A DNA stretch of 64,000 nt from an uncultured Gammaproteobacteria bacterium (GTDB taxonomy: Bacteria; Pseudomonadota; Gammaproteobacteria; UBA9214), in assembly GCA_963773065.1 (NCBI GenBank), contig CAVYZN010000014.1:96001-160000 (forward strand), written 5' to 3'. Below the pieces are notes generated by a model. That model made no database searches and was not told where the DNA came from. It saw only the letters and a list, made by a program, of their open reading frames with translations. A program made the translations under genes and the position numbers. How positions within the stretch are numbered: position 1 is the stretch's first letter; every line of letters starts with the position of its first letter. Shown in pieces: positions 38,877 to 49,690 of this stretch.

Positions 38877-39359
38877 ACTCCGCAGGCGATGGCCTGATGC
38901 CCACCGTCGGGTTGGGCATCGGGTCGTCGCCATTAAATTAGGCCAATCCATCGGTCACTGCCGCCTCGCAACTGCCGGTTCCGGCCAGGCGCCATGCACG
39001 AAGGCGGTGACCAGACACGGCCGTGCCGGCTGAGATGACGGTGGATAACCCGCCTGCTTAATCGGTAATGGCTCCCGGGCCGCGAGGCCCATCACCGCCG
39101 GTTTTGGCCGAAGCGCACACACCGCATGCCCAAACCGGACGGGCCGGTATACGCGCAGGGGGCGCGGCGCGGGTGGCCTGTCCGGATTCATGGACACCGG
39201 GTACTGCTGGCATGATGAAACGGGAGGCGGCCCATGGCAAAAAGAAGCATCATCCGGCAAATCAAACGGGAGGCGGCAGGGCTGGTCGGAGAGCGGCGGA
39301 GGCCGCGGACGCGGCGCATGGGTCCGTCGCAGTTCCTGGCCGGGAAGCGTCGTCCCGGT

Positions 39360-39890
39360 ATGTTTGCCCCCGTTCTTGCCCTCGCCCTGTGGTTCATGCC
39401 GCCAGCGGGCCTGACGCCGGGGTGGGCCGCTCCGGCGGTGAAGCCGCTGGCCACCGCCGTCATCAAGGCCACAACCGGCCACTGTTTTAGAGGGAAGACC
39501 TGTCATGTCGACAAGGCGGGGGTTTGGGTGCCCCGCCAGGACGTGGCCATCATGGCTGTATCCATCGCCGAACAGGTAGACGTGGCGCTTTACGTGGACA
39601 TCGAGGTCAGCACGAAGCCCGAGATGTACATGTGCGCTGGGGAAGACGCCGCCGGCTGCATCTTCCGCATGAAATACTCGGGGCCGGGTCTCTACGATTA
39701 CGCCGCAAACACGGGGAACACCTACCTGGGCTCGAACGTCACGAACACCAACATCACCTTCCCGGCAGGCTATGGCATCGTGGTCAAGGCCGGCGTTCCG
39801 ATTTACGTCCACCTCGACGTGAGAAACGGGAGTCTGATCGACCTCAAGGTCGACCAGGACGCCTGGTTATACTACGTACCGCTCAACTAG
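39360..39890 (+). CDS. Hypothetical secreted beta-rich protein
   Basis: Signal-like N-terminus, GC3-biased codons, paired Cys residues. Confidence 0.55.
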   Translation: MFAPVLALALWFMPPAGLTPGWAAPAVKPLATAVIKATTGHCFRGKTCHVDKAGVWVPRQDVAIMAVSIAEQVDVALYVDIEVSTKPEMYMCAGEDAAGCIFRMKYSGPGLYDYAANTGNTYLGSNVTNTNITFPAGYGIVVKAGVPIYVHLDVRNGSLIDLKVDQDAWLYYVPLN

Positions 39891-39924
39891 GCGGCGGGGG
39901 CCGGCTGTAAGATTTCCGTAACAG

Positions 39925-40238
39925 ATGACCCGTAAAATAACCGCTACAGTCGAAGACTGCCGGTTCGGGCCGGTCACGCTGCTCTTCTCTGAAACGGGAG
40001 AAACTTCAAGCTTGTGCGCGTCGCGTCAGAAATTATTCTGCAACTCAGTATCGAGCAGGAAGCCGCCGGCATTCCCTGGCCGCATCCATGGGACCACTAT
40101 CCCTTCACGACGAACGGCAACTACGTCTGGCTGCGCTATCAGGATCTCGACTTTGGGCAGCGCGAGGAAATCAGGCACGCCCTGGTTCACGTAAAACGCC
40201 GACTTGGCGCGCTGACTGTGTCGCCGGGGTTCGCCTGA
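39925..40238 (+). CDS. Small hypothetical protein (probable indel near 40000)
   Basis: Two overlapping ORFs that join plausibly; no recognisable motif. Confidence 0.35.
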
Positions 40239-40303
40239 ATCGTACGGCGGGAACTTTGGCCCGGCCCGCCTTCACATTCCGCAGAACCGGAGAATCCTTG
40301 CAT

Positions 40304-40966
40304 ATGCAGCGACGTGTTACTGGCCGGATAGTCATCGGATGTATCCTGACAGTGCTGGCAAACAGCGCCGGTTCAGAAGACTTGCGGCAATACACTTATC
40401 TCGAAAAGACGGGAGATGTCGAATCCTCTCACACCTGGATCATCCAACACAGTGGGAAAGAGGTCGAGACACGCTGGATAGCCCCCGACAAGTCCTATTT
40501 CGATCTGTGCGATGAAACGGGCAACACCCTGGAATGGCGGGTCCTGTATACGGACGCGGATATCACGGCACGGCGGGTTGGCAACCTTATTCGATTCGAG
40601 GAAACCCGTAACGGTAAGACAATCCGCCGGGAGGTAGAGATCGATGAATCACCCTGGTTTCAGCCGCTTTCCTACGCCCTTGGCCGTTTCAGCCAGTCGC
40701 GCCTCGATTCGGTCGTCTTCTGGATGATCCGTCCGGATAATCTCGATGTCGTAAAGCTTCGAGCGAGCAGGCTTGGCGATGAACAGGTCACGACCAGCGC
40801 CGGTCTGTTCCTCGCGCGCAAGATCAGCATTTCGGCGGATGGGTTTTTGTCTCACTTCTGGCAAGCCCATTACTGGTTCCGACAGGCCGATGGCCTCTTT
40901 GTGCGCTATGAAGGCGCCAACGGTCTCCCGGGTACACAGACAACGACAATCCAGTTGGGCGGCTGA
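40304..40966 (+). CDS. Hypothetical exported protein
   Basis: GGAG RBS, signal-like N-terminus, beta-strand pattern, GEEQVT..AG.F-type motif. Confidence 0.6.
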   Translation: MQRRVTGRIVIGCILTVLANSAGSEDLRQYTYLEKTGDVESSHTWIIQHSGKEVETRWIAPDKSYFDLCDETGNTLEWRVLYTDADITARRVGNLIRFEETRNGKTIRREVEIDESPWFQPLSYALGRFSQSRLDSVVFWMIRPDNLDVVKLRASRLGDEQVTTSAGLFLARKISISADGFLSHFWQAHYWFRQADGLFVRYEGANGLPGTQTTTIQLGG

Positions 40967-41233
40967 ACCGTTGCGCACTCTCGGCAAGTCGAGGTGATAC
41001 ACCCGGGCCTCAACGATCGTGGTGAACCTGACTGAAGTGCCGGAACGCACATTGGCGCGCTACATGGGCCGCGAACAGGCTGCCTTGTATTTGCAAGGCC
41101 ATTTTGCACGACATCTCGCGGCGTGATGCGGCGTCTGTGTTTATAAGCAAACGAGATCGGCCGCGCCTTCGGCTGGCCCCGCTTCCTGGAAAAAAGGGGG
41201 GCATTCCTGCCGTGACTTAACGCTTCCTCCGGG

Positions 41234-41794
41234 TCAGGCCTCCGCTACCGCCAGGCGAGCCTGCCGTGCTGGCTGATTATAGAGGCGGATGGCGCTTTCA
41301 CCGATCAGGCGCGCGGTGGCGACCGCCGATAGGCTGCCGGCCGGCAGTGCATAGAAGGGGTGCAGTTCGAATGCATGCACCAGCAAGGGGGCGGCCACCG
41401 ACAGGCCGGTTGCAGCCATCACCGCCGCCATTTCCGGAACCCGCGCCTGGTCGTCGATATCCTGGCCGAACACCAGCGCGATTTCCAGGATCAGGTACAG
41501 GTTCATGCGCGTCAGCAGCGACGTGGCGCCGACCAAGCCGATCAGCTTGAGCGCCAGGCCAATACCGGGAAACAGTAACGGCATGTCCAGCAGCGTGCCG
41601 CCGACCAGTGACAGCGTCGCCTTGGCGTCGATCAGGCGCCGCGCCAACTGCACCGGGCTTTCGTCCGGATAGCGGCGTTGCAGCACCTGTATTGTTCTGC
41701 GAATCTCGCTCTTGCGCAGTCGAAGGAAAAAATAGAAAAACTGGTCGGTCGCCAGACTCTGGTATTGCGGCTTGTTCGAGCCGGATGTGCTCAT
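41234..41794 (-). CDS. Hypothetical protein (EcsC-like helical/hydrophobic)
   Basis: LARRLID, LILEIALVFGQD; GGAG-like RBS region. Confidence 0.55.
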   Translation of the reverse strand: MSTSGSNKPQYQSLATDQFFYFFLRLRKSEIRRTIQVLQRRYPDESPVQLARRLIDAKATLSLVGGTLLDMPLLFPGIGLALKLIGLVGATSLLTRMNLYLILEIALVFGQDIDDQARVPEMAAVMAATGLSVAAPLLVHAFELHPFYALPAGSLSAVATARLIGESAIRLYNQPARQARLAVAEA

Positions 41795-41949
41795 CGGAGA
41801 ATCTACGCTCGCGCCTGTTACTGTTTAGGAGGGTATGCCGCCTGCGATGGCGCGTCAAGGCGACGGTAACCCCCCGCTCAAGCGAGCGCATCGAACTGCC
41901 GCCGACCCAAAAGCTGGGTTTTCTTGGCCACGCCGTTATAGTTGCGGTT

Positions 41950-42822
41950 TTATGACATCCGCATGACATCGCCGGATATCATACCCGGTTCATGGTCTTC
42001 GTATACCTCGATATAGACGTCGTAGAAACCGAATCGAGATTGCACTTTTTGCTTCAACTCTTTGATGTCGTCCCGGCGATAAATGTCACCCTTTGTTCTT
42101 ACCTTTGCCGCGAGCAGTATCTTTTCCGGGACGATGGCCCAGACGTGCACATCCTTCACATGGACAATGCGGGGAAAATTGCCAAGCAGGAACCGCTCCA
42201 CCTCGTCCAGGTCGATCCCTTTTGGAATGCCCTCCATCAGAATGTTTATGCTCCCGCGCAGCATGTGATAAGTGGGATAGACAATCAGCAGGCCGATGAG
42301 GATGCTGGTGATGCCGTCGGCGGCATACAGCCCGGTCCAATGGATGATCAATGCGGAGACGATTACACCCACCGACCCGAGCGTGTCGTTGAGGATGAGC
42401 AGGAAGGCGCCCTTGATATTGATATCTTTCGACTGCGTGTACAACATGATGAGGTTGAACACATTTACCGCAAGCCCAAGTAGCGCAACAATCAGCACAG
42501 GGATGGATTCAATCGGTTGGGGGTTGATAATTCGATGGTAGGCGTCAACGAGTACGTAAAACAGCATAAAGCCCAGCGCCGTGCCATTGAAAAGGCCGGA
42601 CAGCACTTTCGCTCGCTCGTAACCGAAACTCAGATGCTTGTTCGGCAGCAGGCGGCTCAGCCGCTTGACGTAGTTGACCATGATCTGCCCAATGACGTTC
42701 ACCGCCATGAACGAGGCATCGGTGACCAGCGCGAGACTGTTGTAGTGGAGACCGCCGGCCAGTTCTATGAAGAAGTAGAAGACCGTCAGCCAAAAAACAG
42801 TTGTTAGGCCGTCCTTGTTCAT
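41950..42822 (-). CDS. Cation diffusion facilitator (CzcD/ZitB-like)
   Basis: SLALVTDA, SFGYERAKVLSGLFNG, DINIKGAFL, DVHVWAI. Confidence 0.88.
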   Translation of the reverse strand: MNKDGLTTVFWLTVFYFFIELAGGLHYNSLALVTDASFMAVNVIGQIMVNYVKRLSRLLPNKHLSFGYERAKVLSGLFNGTALGFMLFYVLVDAYHRIINPQPIESIPVLIVALLGLAVNVFNLIMLYTQSKDINIKGAFLLILNDTLGSVGVIVSALIIHWTGLYAADGITSILIGLLIVYPTYHMLRGSINILMEGIPKGIDLDEVERFLLGNFPRIVHVKDVHVWAIVPEKILLAAKVRTKGDIYRRDDIKELKQKVQSRFGFYDVYIEVYEDHEPGMISGDVMRMS

Positions 42823-43199
42823 GGGTCGATTCGGCAGGTTGGGTCACTGTTACGCTAGGCGAAACTGCTCCGAAGACCCAGAATTCTATATTCCGTCATA
42901 TTGCAGTAATATGACAGGCTGTAACAACGCAGTGCGAGCATCGATGTTGCTCCCGTTATTTCAGGAGAAACCCATGTCCGAAAAGATCAAATCCGAAGTT
43001 CAGGAGGGGGAAGGTTCGCTCCGGCCGTGATGGCAGGCGGTGGCGCAGCACGCTGCGGCAACGGGACGGGCGCGAAGCATGCTCTGGTGCCGGGCAGAAG
43101 GCGCCGCTTACTGCGTGGAACTTTCCCCATTCCCGGTGGCCTTACCGTTTTAGGTATAATCCGCGGATTGTCCATGCATTCCAGCGATCGCCACCCCTA

Positions 43200-44261
43200 A
43201 TGATAACCAGCGCCTCACGTCGCCGCCCCCGTTTGCTCGGGACACTGCTTATGGTGTTCGCGCTGCCGGGTTGCGGCCGGGGACCCGCGCCGGCCAGCGG
43301 CGTGAGCGAGCCGGTACATCTGGTCGAGACGGCGCCGGTAACCAGCGCCAGCTTGAGCGTGGTGCGCACCCGCACCGGCACCCTGCGCGCCCTGCGGGAG
43401 GTGAAGATCCATACCCAGGAAGAAGGGCGCATCACCGCGCTGCCGGTCTATGAAGGCGACCGGGTAGTGGCGGGTGACGTGCTGGTGAAACTGGACGACG
43501 CCCTCATCAAGGCGCAGCTCGCCCGGGCCGCCGCCATGCGCAAGCAGGCCCAGGAGAACCTCAAGCGGCTGCAGGAACTGCGCGGCAAAAAGCTGGTCTC
43601 CGAGGATGAATATACCCGCTCCCTGACCCAGGTCGAGGTCTCCGAGGCCGACGAACAATTACTCACAACCCGCCTGGGCTACACCACCATCAAGAGCCCG
43701 CTGACGGGGGTGGTGAGCGAGCGGCTCTCGGAACTCGGCAACGTGGCCGAGCGCTACCAGCACCTGCTCACCATCTCCGACCCCTCGTCGCTGGTGACGC
43801 AACTGCCGGTCTCCGAACTCATCCTGCCCGACCTGGCCGTCGGCGATGTCGCCAGGGTGCGCATCGACGCCCTGGGCGACCGGGTTTACGAAGGCCGCAT
43901 AACTCGCATCTATCCGACGCTCGACCCGCTGACGCGCCGCGGCACCATCGAGGTGGAAATCGCTCCGGTGCCCGCGGGGGCCGCGCCGGGCCAGCTCTGC
44001 CGGGTGGAACTCAGCACCCATGCCGCGCGCCGCCGGGTGATTCCATTCTCCGCGCTGCGCCGGGATGAGAAGAGCGAGTATGTATTCATCCTGGACGGCG
44101 AGGGCAGGGCGCAGCGCGTGGAGGTGAGCAGCGGTCTGCGTCTGGCGGAGAAGGTTGAAATCACGCAAGGCCTGGAAGATGGTCAGCAGGTCATCACCCG
44201 GGGTTTTCTGGGCCTGATCCCCGGGAAATCGGTCAAACGGGTCGAGCGCGCCGTACCCTGA
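43200..44261 (+). CDS. RND efflux periplasmic adaptor (lipoprotein)
   Basis: Lipobox LPGC, VYEGDRVVAGDVLVKLD, TIKSPLTGVV, GLEDGQQVIT. Confidence 0.9.
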   Translation: MITSASRRRPRLLGTLLMVFALPGCGRGPAPASGVSEPVHLVETAPVTSASLSVVRTRTGTLRALREVKIHTQEEGRITALPVYEGDRVVAGDVLVKLDDALIKAQLARAAAMRKQAQENLKRLQELRGKKLVSEDEYTRSLTQVEVSEADEQLLTTRLGYTTIKSPLTGVVSERLSELGNVAERYQHLLTISDPSSLVTQLPVSELILPDLAVGDVARVRIDALGDRVYEGRITRIYPTLDPLTRRGTIEVEIAPVPAGAAPGQLCRVELSTHAARRRVIPFSALRRDEKSEYVFILDGEGRAQRVEVSSGLRLAEKVEITQGLEDGQQVITRGFLGLIPGKSVKRVERAVP

Positions 44262-44263
44262 CG

Positions 44264-47200
44264 ATGTCCATACCGTTTTCACGCACCGGTGGGCTGGCGG
44301 CCTGGTCGATACGCCACCCCGTCGGCGTCACCATGATCGCGCTGGCCGTCATCGTGCTGGGCGTCTTTGCGCTTTCCCGCCTGGCCATCGACCTGCTTCC
44401 GCACCTGGTCTACCCCGAGGTGCGCGTGCGCATCATGGACCCCGGCGTTCCGGCCACGGTGCTGGAGGACCAGTTCACCCGGCAACTGGAAGAGCAACTG
44501 GCGATCACCGAGGATGCCACCGGCGTGCAGTCGCGCACCAGCGAGGGCGAGGTCATGGTGGATTTGTCGTTCGACTACGGCAAGGACATCGATCTTGCGC
44601 TGCGCGATGCCAGTACCCGCCTGGACCGGGCCAAGCGCTACCTGCCGCAAACGCCGGATCCGCCCATGATCTCCAAACGCGATCCCGCGCAGATCCCGGC
44701 GCTGGAGTTCGTGGTGAGCTCGCCGCTGCGTGATCCGGTCGAGATGCGCACCTGGGTGGATGACGTGTTCAGCAAATGGTTCATCAACCTGCCCGGTGTG
44801 GCCGCGGCCGAAGTGGGAGGCGGGCTCATACGCGAGATCCAGGTGCTGCCCGACCAGCAGCGCCTCGCCGGCGTGGGTCTCACCATGCAGGATGTCATCG
44901 CCGCCCTGCAGCGGGGCAACCGTGAAGACCCGGCGGGCCGCCTGAAGATGTCGCAGCAGGAACTCTCCGGGCGCATCAGCGGGCGCTTCACCAGCGTGGA
45001 GCAGATCGCCGAGCTGCCGCTGCAACTTCGCCAGGGCGGCATGATTCACCTGCAGGAGGTGGCCGAGGTCATCGACAGTCATCAAGACGAGCGCCTGCGG
45101 GTGCGCGTCAACGGGGTGCCCGGCATCAAGCTCTCGATACAGAAACAGCCGACGGCCAACACCGTCGCCGTCGTCGATGCCGTGCGGGAACGTCTGGACT
45201 GGCTCAGGGCCGAGGGCCTGGTCCCGCAAGACATCGCTATCCGCAACGTGTCCGACCAGTCCGTCTACATCCGCCAGGCCTTATCGAATTCGAGCCATGC
45301 GGTCATCAGCGGCGCTCTGCTCGCCATGGCGGTGGTGTATCTCTTTCTCGGCAACCTGCGCCGTACCCTCATCATCGGCAGCGCCATTCCGATCGCGATC
45401 ATGGTCACCTTCGTGATCATGGCCCTGGGGGGGCTCACGCTCAACATCATGACCCTGGGCGGCCTGGCGCTGGGGGTCGGCATGATCGTGGACAACACCA
45501 TCGTGATGCAGGAGAACATCTATCGCCACCAATGCCTGGGCGAGGGGGGTCTGGACGCCGGCACCCACGCCGCGCAGGAGGTGAACAGCGCCATCGTCGC
45601 CTGCACCACCACCCATCTGGCGGCGGTGCTGCCATTTCTGTTCATCGGCGGACTGACGGGGTTGTTGTTCCGGGAACTGATCTACACCATTTCCGCGGCC
45701 ATACTGGCGTCCCTGGTCATCGCCCTGACGCTGGTGCCGGCGCTGGCCGCCAGGGTGCTCACCGTGGACAGCGGCCGGCTGCGCCGCCGGGTGGATGCCG
45801 GCATGCGCTGGTTGCAGGACCGTTATGTCAGCCTGCTTACCCGCGTTCTGGGTTACCCGTACCTCGTGATTCTGGTCTTCGTGTTGATGCTGGGGATCAC
45901 CATCCAGGCCTTCTTCGGCAGGCAGGAGGTCTTTCTGCCGTCCATGGACGATGGCCGGATCACCGTCAACGTGTACGCGGATCCGGGTGTGACCCTGGAT
46001 GATATGGATCGCAGCGTCCAGATCCTCGAAGCCCTGTTTGAACGGCAGCCGGAAGTGGAGCATGTATTTACCATCGTAGGCGGGTCCATCTTCGGCCGCA
46101 CGCAGCGCGAGGAACCGAGCACCAGCACGCTGAATGTGCAACTGGTGCCCTTGTCACGGCGGAACATCAGCAGCGAGGAATGGATCAAGCGCATGAACCA
46201 GGCAATTGCCGATAAGCAACTGGCCGGGCTGTATGTCAGGCTGTGGACCGAAGGCATACGCGGTATACGCAGCAGCGGCGGCGATGATGATATCAGCCTG
46301 CGCATACAGGGTCCGGATCTGAAAATCCTCAAATCGACCGCCGATGAGGTCGTGCGGCGCCTGAAACAGCTCGGCGGGCTGCGTAACGTGCAGCACTCCG
46401 CGCAGGAAGTGAATCATGAAATCATCATCGATATCGATCGGGAACGCGCCAGCGCCCTCGGCCTGGACGTCGAGGATGTCGGCGTCGCCTTGCGCATCGC
46501 CCTGGAGGGCCAGTTGGTGACGGACTATATCGAGGGCGACCGCAGCTACGACGTGCGCCTGCGTCTGCCGCCGGTGGAGGCGGCCAATCCCCAGGAGCTG
46601 GAGTCGGTGCTGCTGTTCCCCGAGCAGGCGGACCGCAAGGCCATCTACCTGGGCGATGTCGCCCGGGTCAATCTCATCGAAACCGCCGACGAAATCCGGC
46701 GCGATAACCAGCAGCGGATTGTTGAAGTGAGCGCCAGGGTCGATGCGGGCGCAACCCTCGGCGACCGCCTCGCCGCCATTGACGAAAAGCTGCAGGACCT
46801 CTCCCTGCCCTCGGGGTATACGCTCTATGATGGCGGCGCCCGCAAGGCGCTGCAGGAAAGCCAGTCCATGACGCGAACGCTGCTGTTCCTGGCCCTGTTC
46901 CTGGTGTTCGTGGTGATGGCCATACAGTATGAGTCGCTGCGCAATCCCTTCATCATCCTGCTGAGCGTGCCGTTCGCCGTCATCGGCGTGGCGATCGGCC
47001 TCTATGCCACCGGGCTGCCGATGTCGATGCCGGTCAAGCTCGGCGTGATCATGCTGGCCGGCATCGTGGTGAGCAACGCCATCGTGCTGGTCGAATTCGT
47101 CGAGATCGTGCGGGAGCGGGGCCGCTCCATCCGCGAGGCCATACTCGAGGCGGCGCGCCAGCGGCTGCGCGCCATCCTCATGACCACGCTCACCACCGTC

Positions 47201-47383
47201 GTCGGCACGCTGCCGCTCGCCATCGGCATCGGGGAAGGTTCCGAGATGCTCAGACCCCTGGCCGTCACCGTCGTCGCCGGGCTTACCTTCTCGATGCTGG
47301 TGAGCCTGCTGCTGGTGCCGGTGTTCTACGAGTTGACGCATCTGAGGCAATGGCGGATAAAGGCGGCGGCGCGCCGGGCATGA
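44264..47383 (+). CDS. RND efflux permease (AcrB/MdtC-like)
   Basis: 1039 aa, SIRHPV, GMIVDNTIV, RLRAILMTTLTTVVG. Confidence 0.93.
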   Translation: MSIPFSRTGGLAAWSIRHPVGVTMIALAVIVLGVFALSRLAIDLLPHLVYPEVRVRIMDPGVPATVLEDQFTRQLEEQLAITEDATGVQSRTSEGEVMVDLSFDYGKDIDLALRDASTRLDRAKRYLPQTPDPPMISKRDPAQIPALEFVVSSPLRDPVEMRTWVDDVFSKWFINLPGVAAAEVGGGLIREIQVLPDQQRLAGVGLTMQDVIAALQRGNREDPAGRLKMSQQELSGRISGRFTSVEQIAELPLQLRQGGMIHLQEVAEVIDSHQDERLRVRVNGVPGIKLSIQKQPTANTVAVVDAVRERLDWLRAEGLVPQDIAIRNVSDQSVYIRQALSNSSHAVISGALLAMAVVYLFLGNLRRTLIIGSAIPIAIMVTFVIMALGGLTLNIMTLGGLALGVGMIVDNTIVMQENIYRHQCLGEGGLDAGTHAAQEVNSAIVACTTTHLAAVLPFLFIGGLTGLLFRELIYTISAAILASLVIALTLVPALAARVLTVDSGRLRRRVDAGMRWLQDRYVSLLTRVLGYPYLVILVFVLMLGITIQAFFGRQEVFLPSMDDGRITVNVYADPGVTLDDMDRSVQILEALFERQPEVEHVFTIVGGSIFGRTQREEPSTSTLNVQLVPLSRRNISSEEWIKRMNQAIADKQLAGLYVRLWTEGIRGIRSSGGDDDISLRIQGPDLKILKSTADEVVRRLKQLGGLRNVQHSAQEVNHEIIIDIDRERASALGLDVEDVGVALRIALEGQLVTDYIEGDRSYDVRLRLPPVEAANPQELESVLLFPEQADRKAIYLGDVARVNLIETADEIRRDNQQRIVEVSARVDAGATLGDRLAAIDEKLQDLSLPSGYTLYDGGARKALQESQSMTRTLLFLALFLVFVVMAIQYESLRNPFIILLSVPFAVIGVAIGLYATGLPMSMPVKLGVIMLAGIVVSNAIVLVEFVEIVRERGRSIREAILEAARQRLRAILMTTLTTVVGTLPLAIGIGEGSEMLRPLAVTVVAGLTFSMLVSLLLVPVFYELTHLRQWRIKAAARRA

Positions 47384-47473
47384 GGCGCCGCGCCGGCAAC
47401 CGCTCGTGGCGATGGGTTAGAATTGGCCGAGTGACCCCAAAGGATTAATGGCAATTGCCCAGATGATTAAATG

Positions 47474-47546
47474 GCCACGGAATCACACGGAAACACACTG
47501 AATTGCCGACAAATTCAAAATCTTTCCGTGTTCTTCCGTGTGTTTC
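47474..47546. repeat. Imperfect inverted-repeat element built from cacgga units
   Basis: ccacggaatcacacggaaacacac ... ttccgtgttcttccgtgtgtttcc. Confidence 0.7.
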
Positions 47547-47590
47547 CGCTGACCATCACCTCTGGTCGTACCTGGATTCCGATAGTGTCT

Positions 47591-49690
47591 ATGGCGCACA
47601 ATCTCTACATCACCGGTGCCGAATCCGGCAGCGGCAAATCGGTCATCGTGCTGGCGGTGATGGAACTGCTGTCGGGTTATGCCGAGAAGGTCGGCATCTT
47701 CCGCCCCGTGGTGCGCAGCGCACCGGAGCACGACCACCTGCTGCGCCTGATCACCACGCGCTACCACCTGGATTACCCGCCCGAGTCGCTCTACGGCGTC
47801 AACCTGGAAACGGCCCGCGAACTGGTCAAGGCGAACCGCTACGATGAGCTGCTGCGCATCATCCTGGACAAGTTCGCCATGCTCAATGCCGGCTGCGAGC
47901 ATGTGCTGTGCATCGGCACGGATTTTACCGGCGTCGGCGGCATGACGGAGTTCGATTTCAACGCGGATGCCGCCAACAACCTCGGCTGCCTGCTGCTGCC
48001 CGTGGTGAGAGGCAAGGACCGGGGACCGCAGGAGGTCGCCGATGCCGCCACCGCGTTCCTTAAGTCGCTGCGGGACCGGGATTGCGATATCGCGGCCACC
48101 ATCGTCAACCGCGTCACGAGCGGCGATGTCGCCGCGGTGACCGCCGAACTGCGCCGCCGGCTGCAGGGGGAGGCGCCGGTTTACGTGGTGCCGGAAGAGC
48201 CCCTGCTCGGCAAACCCACCATGCGTGATATCGCCCGCGCCCTGAACGCGCGGCTCTACCATGTCGCCGAAGACGGCCTGAATCGCGAGGTGCGCAACTT
48301 CAAGGTGGCGGCGATGCAGTTGCCGGACTTTCTTTCCCATATCGAGGAGGGCAGCCTGATCGTCACGCCCGGCGACCGCGCCGACATCATCCTGGGCAGC
48401 ATCATCTCCTATACCTCGAAGGCCTACCCGGCGATTGCCGGCATCCTGCTGACCGGCGGGCAGGAACCGGCCGCGCCGGTGATGAAACTGATCGCGGGCC
48501 TGGGCAATCCACCCGTGCCCATCATCGGCGTGGAGACGGATACCTTCACCACCGCCATGAACATCACCACGGTCACGGCGGTGCTCACGCCGGAAGACAC
48601 GCGCAAGATCGCCGCGGGCCTGGGTGTGGTGGAGCAGTCGGTTGATCTTGCGGCCCTGCGCCTGTGCCTGCAGACCTCGCGTTCGACGCGCGTCACCCCC
48701 TTCATGTTCGAACACGAACTGATCCGGCGGGCGAAGGCGAGACGCATGCGCATCGTGCTGCCGGAAGGGCTGGATGAACGCATCCTGCGCGCCGCCGAGA
48801 TGCTGCGCTTGCGCGACGTGGTCGATCTGACCCTGCTCGGCGACCCGCAAGCCGTACGAGCCCGGATCAATGACCTGGGGCTGCAGCTCGACGCCATCGA
48901 GATCATCGACCCGCTCACCTCCACCCGGCGCGAGCCGTTCGCCGATACCTATTACGAGTTGCGCAAGCACAAGGGCATCTCCCGCGAAATGGCGTTCGAT
49001 GCGATGGCCGACGTGAGCTACTTTGGCACCATGATGGTCCACCATGGCCAGGTCGACGGCATGGTATCGGGCGCGCTGCACACCACGCAACACACCGTCC
49101 GGCCGGCCTTCGAGATCATCCGCACGCGGCCCGGGACCTCGATCGTCTCCAGCGTCTTCCTGATGTGCCTCGAGGACCGCGTGCTGGTCTACGGCGATTG
49201 CGCCATCAACCCGGACCCGAGCGCCGAGCAGCTCGCCGACATCGCCATCAGCTCGGCCGCGACGGCGCGCATGTTCGGCATCGAACCGCGCGTCGCCATG
49301 CTGTCCTATTCCACCGGTGAATCCGGCAAGGGCGCGGCCGTCGACAAGGTGGCGAAGGCCACGGCGCTGGCCCGGCGGCTGCAGCCCGGCCTGCTGGTGG
49401 AGGGGCCGATCCAGTACGACGCCGCGGTGGACGCGAGCGTCGCCCGCACCAAGATGCCCGGCAGCCAGGTCAAGGGCCAGGCGACGGTGTTCATCTTTCC
49501 CGACCTCAATACCGGCAACAACACCTACAAGGCGGTGCAGCGTTCGGCGAACGCGGTGGCCATCGGACCGATACTGCAGGGCCTCAATAAACCGGTCAAC
49601 GACCTGAGCCGCGGCTGCACCGTCGCCGATATCGTCAACACCGTGGCGATCACCGCCATCCAGGCGCAGGCCGACCGGCCCGGGGCATGA
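47591..49690 (+). CDS. pta: Phosphate acetyltransferase (long form with DRTGG domain)
   Basis: SGKS N-terminus, TPGDRADI, RIVLPEG, FIFPDLNTGNNTYKAVQR, KPVNDLSRG. Confidence 0.96.
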   Translation: MAHNLYITGAESGSGKSVIVLAVMELLSGYAEKVGIFRPVVRSAPEHDHLLRLITTRYHLDYPPESLYGVNLETARELVKANRYDELLRIILDKFAMLNAGCEHVLCIGTDFTGVGGMTEFDFNADAANNLGCLLLPVVRGKDRGPQEVADAATAFLKSLRDRDCDIAATIVNRVTSGDVAAVTAELRRRLQGEAPVYVVPEEPLLGKPTMRDIARALNARLYHVAEDGLNREVRNFKVAAMQLPDFLSHIEEGSLIVTPGDRADIILGSIISYTSKAYPAIAGILLTGGQEPAAPVMKLIAGLGNPPVPIIGVETDTFTTAMNITTVTAVLTPEDTRKIAAGLGVVEQSVDLAALRLCLQTSRSTRVTPFMFEHELIRRAKARRMRIVLPEGLDERILRAAEMLRLRDVVDLTLLGDPQAVRARINDLGLQLDAIEIIDPLTSTRREPFADTYYELRKHKGISREMAFDAMADVSYFGTMMVHHGQVDGMVSGALHTTQHTVRPAFEIIRTRPGTSIVSSVFLMCLEDRVLVYGDCAINPDPSAEQLADIAISSAATARMFGIEPRVAMLSYSTGESGKGAAVDKVAKATALARRLQPGLLVEGPIQYDAAVDASVARTKMPGSQVKGQATVFIFPDLNTGNNTYKAVQRSANAVAIGPILQGLNKPVNDLSRGCTVADIVNTVAITAIQAQADRPGA

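Noticed and set aside
42973-43030. Tiny ORF with a good RBS (MSEKIKSEVQ...)
   Set aside because: Only 18 codons with no recognisable family; it may be a relic but cannot be supported.
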